A stretch of DNA of 64,000 nt from Bdellovibrionales bacterium (lineage in GTDB: Bacteria; Bdellovibrionota; Bdellovibrionia; Bdellovibrionales; UBA1609). The notes below the pieces were generated by a model, which did no database searches, was not told where the DNA came from, and was given only the letters and a program-made list of their open reading frames with translations. This document shows positions 57,529 through 64,000 of this stretch, in pieces (position 1 is the stretch's first letter; the number at the start of each line of letters is the position of its first letter). Location: contig OZ242172.1 of assembly GCA_965205645.1 (NCBI GenBank), positions 348,633-412,632 of the forward strand, given 5' to 3'. Made by a program: the position numbers and the translations under genes.

Positions 57529-58665
57529 TTATTGATCTAGTAAGAAGCTTTCTGTTTGGGATAAAAAATTCTCATAATTATTTTTGTTAATAAAAATCGG
57601 GTGAGCTTTTTTGAAAGCATTTAAAAAAGCTTCCATTCCTGATACTATTTTTTTCTTTCCAAATTTCACTTCAATACCATAAATTTTATTTTGAAAATGA
57701 AATACAAAATCAATTTCTTTATTTCTATCTCTCCAATAGTACAGCTCACCGGGAAGGCGTAAAAGCTGCGCTCCCACTGTTGCTTCAAAAACACGAGAAG
57801 CAATATTTTTTTGATGACTAAATAATGAAAAGCAAGGACAAAGAGGTATAAACTTTGGAGAGCTTGATTTTATTTTTATCGCCTTAGATGAAAATTTTTC
57901 TAAAGATGCAAATAAAAAAGCTTTTTCATAAAAAGAGATATAGGTTTTTATAAGATCGGTATTTCCTTTGCTTTGCAGTTGTCCTAAGAGTTTTGTGTAG
58001 CTAATTTCCTGAGCAGGATAGTTACATAAAATATTAAAAACCTGTTTAAACAAAGCTGGTTTTTGAATATGCGAGAAAGGCAAAATATCCATATTAATAA
58101 CAGGTTCAATAATGGATTTTTTTATAAAGTTCTCAAACATTTCTTTTTTTTTGATTAATGAGTAAGAACCAGGATAACCACCTATTTTTAAAAATTGTTC
58201 AAGAGAAATAGAAATAATCTTTTTTGTTTCTAAAAAATTCCAATGGTAAACATTGATGATTTGATAACGGCCAGTTAAGCTTTCTGTGAGTCCTCTTTGG
58301 ATTTTAAGAGAACTAGATCCAAGTAAAATAAATTGGATTTTTTTATGTTTGGGAGATCTTAATTTCTCATCCCAGATTTTTTTTATAATCTCTGACCAAT
58401 TTCTTATTTTTTGAATTTCATCAATCACAAAATAAGTCACTTTTTTATGACAAGCTGTTTGCCATTCACTTAATATCCAAGAAAATTCATTTTCCAGGAC
58501 ACCATCTGCTGAAATATAATGATAAGGCTTTTTTTGTGATTTTAAAAAATGAATCACTCCTGTTGTTTTTCCAACCTGTCTTGGCCCTTGCACCACTTGA
58601 ATTAAGTGACCAATAGACAAGTTAGATTTAAGCGTCTTTATAAAAGGCAAGGGAACGATTTTCAT
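57529..58665 (-). CDS. AAA_14/DUF4143-type ATPase (more divergent paralog)
   Basis: Walker A GPRQVGKTT, Walker B YFVIDEIQ, LLGSSS, C-terminal KEIDFVFHFQNKIYGIEVKFG. Confidence 0.75.
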   Translation of the reverse strand: MKIVPLPFIKTLKSNLSIGHLIQVVQGPRQVGKTTGVIHFLKSQKKPYHYISADGVLENEFSWILSEWQTACHKKVTYFVIDEIQKIRNWSEIIKKIWDEKLRSPKHKKIQFILLGSSSLKIQRGLTESLTGRYQIINVYHWNFLETKKIISISLEQFLKIGGYPGSYSLIKKKEMFENFIKKSIIEPVINMDILPFSHIQKPALFKQVFNILCNYPAQEISYTKLLGQLQSKGNTDLIKTYISFYEKAFLFASLEKFSSKAIKIKSSSPKFIPLCPCFSLFSHQKNIASRVFEATVGAQLLRLPGELYYWRDRNKEIDFVFHFQNKIYGIEVKFGKKKIVSGMEAFLNAFKKAHPIFINKNNYENFLSQTESFLLDQ

Positions 58666-58757
58666 AATAAATACTATACAACAAAATAATAGATGTGTCT
58701 ATCATTTTACTAGATATATCTATTATTTTAATTGGTAGGGATTTGTATTATATATAT

Positions 58758-58898
58758 ATGAAGCTACATGTTTTACGTATTACTTGTTTGCTAGAGGTCT
58801 ACCTTTGTGCAGTAAAAGAGGGACTCAAGTTTGCTGTGAAGAAGCACCTGATTGTGGTTGGATTAGTTCGCATAACAAGTGTGCTTCAGTAGAATAAA
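58758..58898 (+). pseudogene. Internally deleted, frameshifted remnant of a Cys-rich lipoprotein gene (5' signal-peptide region joined to the last module)
   Basis: ATGAAGCTACATGTTTTACGTATTACTTGTTTGCT matches the 54146 gene start (MKLHILRIACLL). It is followed directly by ...CTACCTTTGTGCAGTAAAAGAGGGACTCAAGTTTGCTGTGAAGAAGCACCTG...TAGAATAAAC, which matches 54517-54618 but in a shifted frame. Track ORF 58695-58892 reads through it. Confidence 0.7.
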
Positions 58899-58929
58899 CC
58901 AATTAGTTTCTTTATTTTTAATGTGTTGA

Positions 58930-59946
58930 TTACAACATTTTCAGTTTGTTGGATTCTGCTAGATGTTGTGTGTGTTGATCCTTCATTTGCTGCTGTTGCT
59001 GCTGCAGTTTTTGTTTTTTTTGCGCGTGAAACTCAATGTTGGCAGTCAGTAATATTAAAAGACGATTGTCGGGATATAAATTTCTAATCGCTGTTCTGGC
59101 TTTGGATAAAATGAGCTGTGTATCTAACAAAGAGTAATTCTCATTAATCAACATCTGACGATATTGTTCATGTAAAGATTGTACTAGCCTTTGATAATGA
59201 AAATCGGATTCTGGTTGAATATATAAATTTTCCAATTGCTTTAATTGGGTGAATAAAGCTGGCTGCTCTTCTGCTTGTTTTACTTTAAAATTTTCTAGTT
59301 TTTCCCAACAATTTCCGCGGCACATTTCACCACTCCATTGATTATCTTTAACCCTAAAGCAAATAAATCCTTTATAGGAATCTTCCAATATTTGGATATG
59401 AGAAGGACTCATCTGGAAAGAAGAAAGATAATGTAGTTCCGACAACGAAGTTAATGGTTCAATGCAACCATTATCAATGATAGCCATTGGACCAAAATTT
59501 GATACTTTTAATTGTCCATCAAATTTAAGCACGACAGCTACTACATGCTCAGGATGGTGTGGGATGATTTCTATTTTGTCTCCTGTAGATAGATCTTTTT
59601 TGAGGCTGGTATCTATTATTTGCGCTAAATCCTTTTCCTGCTTGATTTTAATTAATTGCCAATTAGGAGCCTTAGCCATGTCTTCCGGTTCACACTCTGA
59701 CCAGCTATGTAGCCCAGCAAAGTCTGATAAGCTTTCTGTTAACGCTTGCTGTAATAAATGCAGGCGATCTTGCCAGTAAGGAATCAGTAGCACTTTTCTG
59801 TAAAAATTTTGCAACAATTCAAAACTTATTTGCTCATCCGGTTGACAAAAATAAGAAAAATAATTGTGCAGAACAAAAAATTCCTTATCAGAGGATGAAG
59901 ATAATTTATTAGATAGATATTTTTGAAAATCAGTGACAGCAGGCAT
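58930..59946 (-). CDS. Hypothetical protein with a C-terminal poly-Gln tract
   Basis: 338-aa ORF with C-terminus ...AQKKQKLQQQQQQMKDQHTQHLAESNKLKML. Its 3' end is the source of duplicates B and C. Confidence 0.55.
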   Translation of the reverse strand: MPAVTDFQKYLSNKLSSSSDKEFFVLHNYFSYFCQPDEQISFELLQNFYRKVLLIPYWQDRLHLLQQALTESLSDFAGLHSWSECEPEDMAKAPNWQLIKIKQEKDLAQIIDTSLKKDLSTGDKIEIIPHHPEHVVAVVLKFDGQLKVSNFGPMAIIDNGCIEPLTSLSELHYLSSFQMSPSHIQILEDSYKGFICFRVKDNQWSGEMCRGNCWEKLENFKVKQAEEQPALFTQLKQLENLYIQPESDFHYQRLVQSLHEQYRQMLINENYSLLDTQLILSKARTAIRNLYPDNRLLILLTANIEFHAQKKQKLQQQQQQMKDQHTQHLAESNKLKML

Positions 59947-60080
59947 AGTTTTGGAATAATAAATGTAATGTAAGTACCTAGTCGAGTAAATTTATTTATA
60001 CCAGAGGGGCTGTGTCATAATATTTGTGTCATTATCGTAAAATTATGTTATGAAAAAATAATTAGGAATCAGATAATAAA

Positions 60081-60668
60081 ATGAATCGTAAGATAAAATC
60101 TCAATTATTTGAAAATGCTGCAGAGCGGGAATCTACACAACAAAAAGTACAATTATCCTTAAAAGATTGGAAGGAAGTGATATCACGATTAAATCAAACA
60201 CAATTACAGGTTGAATCTTGCCATGAGAAAATAAATACAATGTATTCTCGGTTGGTAGGTTGGTTAACTCGCATTACAACAAAAATAGATGAAGTCTCTC
60301 AAGCACGTCAGAAATTGGAATCTGCTACGCATAATTTATTTCAGCAATGGGAGAAAAAAGTATTAGGTTGGGTAAAGCCTGAACAGAGACAGGAAGATCA
60401 AAGACATGTTGTTGACTTAATGCATCGCCATAGTCAATTTATTCAAGGTTATGGGCAAAACTTGGATACTCTTAAGAAATCTATGTCCAGAAATGAATAT
60501 CATATTTCTCAGTTGTTGAGCGAGATCCGGAACTTTCGTTTAGAAATGGATTTAGTGAAACGACAAGTGCATGCTCAGTCAGTGATCGCGGATCAATCTC
60601 TTCGATCCAGGTCTTTTAATATGGATTACGAGCTATCCGAAGGGGATGTCTCTACTTCTGTTCTGTAA
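60081..60668 (+). CDS. Hypothetical coiled-coil protein
   Basis: 195-aa helical ORF. Its 3' end overlaps the lspA 3' end by 43 nt (convergent). Confidence 0.45.
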   Translation: MNRKIKSQLFENAAERESTQQKVQLSLKDWKEVISRLNQTQLQVESCHEKINTMYSRLVGWLTRITTKIDEVSQARQKLESATHNLFQQWEKKVLGWVKPEQRQEDQRHVVDLMHRHSQFIQGYGQNLDTLKKSMSRNEYHISQLLSEIRNFRLEMDLVKRQVHAQSVIADQSLRSRSFNMDYELSEGDVSTSVL

Positions 60669-61129
60669 ATAATAAAAATAGCTGAAAACACTCCCACTAC
60701 AATAAAAATATCTCCGATGTTAAAAGCCGGCCAAACAAATCCTCTGAAATGGAAATCAAAAAAATCCACTACATAACCAAAATGAATTCGATCAATATAG
60801 TTACCCATTGCCCCGCCAAAAATAGAGGAAAAAGCTAGCAAATGAAATTTTTGCGTAACTTTTAACTGATGGATAATGGATACGATAAAAACAAAAGCTA
60901 ATACCGGTAAAATTAAGAACAAGATCGTGCGAATCACATCATTACTTTGTGAAAACACACCAAATACACCGCCTGTGTTTCGCACATACGTAAGGTTAAA
61001 AAAACCTGGGGTAATAATTTTTTCCTCTCCTAGATTGAATTGAGTATGAATGATCAATTTTGTCGCTTGATCCAAAGCAACAATCGCCAGTGAAATCGTT
61101 AAAAATAAACAATATTTCATATATTTCAT
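60626..61129 (-). CDS. lspA: Lipoprotein signal peptidase (signal peptidase II)
   Basis: LDQATKLII, VRNTGGVFG, GGAMGNYIDRIHFGYVVDFFDF, NIGD. Start taken at the Met just downstream of the ileS stop; the track ORF extends to 61180. Confidence 0.8.
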   Translation of the reverse strand: MKYMKYCLFLTISLAIVALDQATKLIIHTQFNLGEEKIITPGFFNLTYVRNTGGVFGVFSQSNDVIRTILFLILPVLAFVFIVSIIHQLKVTQKFHLLAFSSIFGGAMGNYIDRIHFGYVVDFFDFHFRGFVWPAFNIGDIFIVVGVFSAIFIIYRTEVETSPSDSS

Positions 61130-61139
61130 AAGTTTGTAT

Positions 61140-63890
61140 TTATAGCAGATTTTTTGTACATTTAAGACATATTTTTTCATTATTTAATTGTTCACTGTAA
61201 TGCCAGCACCGTTCACATTTCTCGCCTCTTGCCTTTTGAATAGTTATTTTTAGGTCTGTGGCAGATTGGATAGAAAGCTGTGACACGATCAACCATTCTT
61301 TAAAAGAGTCCAACCATTGACTGAATTCTTTAAATAAAGCTGGAGGTGCGTGGATCGTAGCTTGTACTTCTAAACTGGAACCTATTTGTTTATCTTTCCT
61401 CATTTGCTCCATTTTGGCATAAGCTGTTTTTCTAATGCTCAGCCAAGTTTCAAATTTTTTCTCCATTTTCGGTTGTATCCATTCCGATGGAGTCACAGGG
61501 AAATCAGTCAACAAAACGCTTTCTTTCTTTTCTCCAGGTAAGTGCTGATAAACTTCTTCACTTAAAAAAGTTACAATGGGACTCATTAAAGAAGTTAAAT
61601 TTTTTATTATTAAATAGATAGCACTTTGGGCAGACCTTCTCTCCTGACTATCTTCTTTAAAAGTATACAGGCGATCTTTTAAGATATCTAAATATAAAGA
61701 AGATAGAGTATTAGTAAAAAATACATTGAGTGTTTGATAAGTTTTGTAATAGAGAAAATTATCATAATGAACTTTAACTTGCGAGATGCATCTAGCGAGT
61801 TGACCTAAAACCCATTGATCTATTTCCTGCATTTTGGAAAAAGCTAATAAATGTTGATTGGGTGTGAAATTAAATAAATTTCCCAGCATAAAGCGAAAAG
61901 TATTTCTAAATCTTCTATAGGTTTCAGTGACTCTATCTATGATTTCAGCACTGAGTTGAAAATCTTGTGAATAATCTTCACTGCTAACCCAAAGCCGCAC
62001 AACGTCCGCTCCTCGTTGCGTAAGCATTGTCTGCAAATCAACAACATTTTTTTTGCTTTTACTCATTTTATATCCTGCAGCATCATTGATAAAGCAGTGG
62101 GTGATCAATGTTTTAAAAGGAGCTTTACCGTTCAAACAAATAGAAGAGTTTAGGCTGGTTTGAAACCATCCGCGGTGCTGGTCACTGCCTTCCAAATAAA
62201 CATCTGCTGGGAAAGTATCTTGGCCGTATTTTTTTTGGCACACAAAGTGGCATATTCCACTATCAAACCAGACATCCAAAATGTCTTTCCCTTTTTCCCA
62301 TGTATTGTTTTTGCATTTGGGACAATGAGGAACTGGATTAGGAAGTAACTGCTTGGTTGTGTGAGAAAACCAATATTCAATGCCTTGCTTAGATTCTTCC
62401 ATTTGATCCGCTATCCTTTTCATAATATTAGGATCGAGTAGAGGATGATCACATTGGCTGCAATAAAAAACGGGGATAGGTACACCCCAATGTCGTTGCC
62501 GGCTAAGGCACCAGTCCGGAGAATGTTTGATCATACTGTCTAATCGTCTACTTCCCCATGATGGGCAAAACTGGATCTGATGATGAATAGCTTCTAGAGC
62601 TTTTGCGCGCACAGGATATTCCGGTTGGTCAAGAGCAATAAACCATTGCTCAACCGCTCTTAAGATTAATGGAGAATTTGAGCGAGGATTAAAAGGATAA
62701 TTATGTGTAATTTCTGTTTCATGTAGCAGCATTTGTTGCTGCTTTAGTTTGTTAATAATTTGTGGATTGGCTTTAAATATAAAAGTACCTTTCCACTCTG
62801 TTACATCTGCAGTGAATTTTCCAGCAGCGTCTACAGGAGCAAAAATGGGTAATTTGTACTTAACACCGACTGTAAAATCATCTTGTCCATGCCCAGGAGC
62901 TGTATGTACACAGCCTGTTCCCTCTTTTGCAGTCACATGATCTCCTAAAATCACAAGAGAGTCTTGAGAAAGCCAAGGATGTCGGGCTTTTTGCCGTTCC
63001 AGGTCTTTACCTGGAAAAGAACATAGTTGATTTAATGAAAGATTTAAGTTTTTCTCCATAACACTTTTTAGTTGCTCCGCTAAAATTAATAGCTCCTTAC
63101 CAGAATCAAAAACGCCATAAAGTAGATCCGCTTTTAAACAAATGGCTTGATTGGCAGGAAGTGTCCAAGGAGTGGTTGTCCATATTACAAAATAGCAAGG
63201 TTTTTTGCTTTTTAATTGTAGATAAGTGGGGATATGCGGTGCTGGAAATTTAACATAAATAGAAGGGCTTTTACGTAAAGAATATTCCACTTCAGAATTG
63301 GCAATAGCTGTGTGTAAAACAGGGCACCAATACACAGGCTTTTTCCCACGGTAAAGTAATTTTTTATCAGTAATCATTGCCAGTGCGCGCACTTCTTGTG
63401 CTTCATATTCTGGATCCATTGTGAGTAAAGGATGATCCCAGTTAGCTAATACTCCTAAACGTTCAAATTGTTGCTTTTGCACTTCCACCCACTTCAGAGC
63501 TTCTGCGCGACACATTTTACGGATTTGTTCTCCTGTCCTAAGGTCTTGATTGCTTGATTTTTTCAATACGGCCAGTTCAATTGGTAAGCCATGACAGTCC
63601 CAAATGGGATTGAACGGGCAATGCCTGCCAGATAAGTTTCTGTACTTTACTGTAATATCTTTTAGGATTTTATTTAAAGCATGTCCGATATGTAACCGCC
63701 CATTTGCATAAGGAGGGCCATCTACAAAACTAAATAGCTTTTGTTGCTGTCGTTTTTGCATCAATTTTTGATAAATATGGTTTTTTTGCCAAAACTGAAT
63801 GAGCTTTGGTTCTTTTTCCGCCAGACCAGCTTTCATTGGAAAATTTGTTTTAGGAAGGTGCAAAATATATTGTTTTTTTTGCTCAGACAT
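61140..63890 (-). CDS. ileS: Isoleucine--tRNA ligase
   Basis: HIGH motif (PYANGRLHIGHALNK), KMSKS motif (GYKMSKSKKN), WTTTPWTLPAN editing-domain junction, C-terminal Zn finger CERCWHY...CLKC. Confidence 0.9.
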   Translation of the reverse strand: MSEQKKQYILHLPKTNFPMKAGLAEKEPKLIQFWQKNHIYQKLMQKRQQQKLFSFVDGPPYANGRLHIGHALNKILKDITVKYRNLSGRHCPFNPIWDCHGLPIELAVLKKSSNQDLRTGEQIRKMCRAEALKWVEVQKQQFERLGVLANWDHPLLTMDPEYEAQEVRALAMITDKKLLYRGKKPVYWCPVLHTAIANSEVEYSLRKSPSIYVKFPAPHIPTYLQLKSKKPCYFVIWTTTPWTLPANQAICLKADLLYGVFDSGKELLILAEQLKSVMEKNLNLSLNQLCSFPGKDLERQKARHPWLSQDSLVILGDHVTAKEGTGCVHTAPGHGQDDFTVGVKYKLPIFAPVDAAGKFTADVTEWKGTFIFKANPQIINKLKQQQMLLHETEITHNYPFNPRSNSPLILRAVEQWFIALDQPEYPVRAKALEAIHHQIQFCPSWGSRRLDSMIKHSPDWCLSRQRHWGVPIPVFYCSQCDHPLLDPNIMKRIADQMEESKQGIEYWFSHTTKQLLPNPVPHCPKCKNNTWEKGKDILDVWFDSGICHFVCQKKYGQDTFPADVYLEGSDQHRGWFQTSLNSSICLNGKAPFKTLITHCFINDAAGYKMSKSKKNVVDLQTMLTQRGADVVRLWVSSEDYSQDFQLSAEIIDRVTETYRRFRNTFRFMLGNLFNFTPNQHLLAFSKMQEIDQWVLGQLARCISQVKVHYDNFLYYKTYQTLNVFFTNTLSSLYLDILKDRLYTFKEDSQERRSAQSAIYLIIKNLTSLMSPIVTFLSEEVYQHLPGEKKESVLLTDFPVTPSEWIQPKMEKKFETWLSIRKTAYAKMEQMRKDKQIGSSLEVQATIHAPPALFKEFSQWLDSFKEWLIVSQLSIQSATDLKITIQKARGEKCERCWHYSEQLNNEKICLKCTKNLL

Positions 63891-64000
63891 GTTTTGTACT
63901 TATGTTTTAAATCGCCATAGAGGGATGCCTATTTAACTATAACTGATACCAAATGGAGAAAGCACAGAAGATAAAATAAAAATAATTCATAATAATCTGT

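Noticed and set aside
58695-58892. 65-aa ORF reported in the track
   Set aside because: It reads through the deleted, frameshifted Cys-rich gene remnant (58758-58898). It is annotated as a pseudogene fragment rather than a functional CDS.

Overview
AT-rich chromosomal segment from a diderm (Gram-negative-type) bacterium, judged from Pal, CpoB, BamD-like, LolC/E-like and LspA genes. I cannot assign the taxon from sequence alone. From about 16.6 kb to 64 kb the content is mostly housekeeping: purA, two nucleoside phosphorylases, lolC/E-like permease, yajC, dapF, ung, aroB, AI-2E transporter, bamD-like, amgK/murU-like pair, sua5/tsaC, fsa/tal, dapB, menF-menD, histidine kinase plus receiver, rsmD-coaD-aminotransferase, pal-cpoB, tsaD-rsmA, smpB and lspA-ileS. 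There are three tRNAs: Glu-UUC, Lys-UUU and Leu-GAG. The first ~16.5 kb ends at the tRNA-Glu/tRNA-Lys pair and looks like an accessory, defence-type island. It holds five groups. (i) A translationally coupled three-gene operon: a small MG-initiated protein, a 595-aa QueC-like PP-loop enzyme with large extra domains, and a 4-TM protein. This is my best candidate for an undescribed system; it is related to Qat and type IV CBASS QueC-like enzymes but lacks all their other components. (ii) A Z1-domain NTPase. (iii) A degenerate cold-shock-domain protein, a Type IIG restriction-modification fusion, and a decayed specificity-domain remnant. (iv) A DUF2779-type dual nuclease. (v) Two AAA_14/DUF4143-type ATPases flanking a Zn-ribbon gene. 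A second accessory patch (54.1-60 kb) contains a Cys-rich lipoprotein gene, a tandem-repeat coiled-coil gene and two more DUF4143-type ATPases. These are separated by nested duplications of one gene-junction segment, which suggests repeated cassette insertion at a single hotspot. I recognised no rRNA, CRISPR array, transposase or integrase. All family assignments come from motif recognition by eye; no searches were run.
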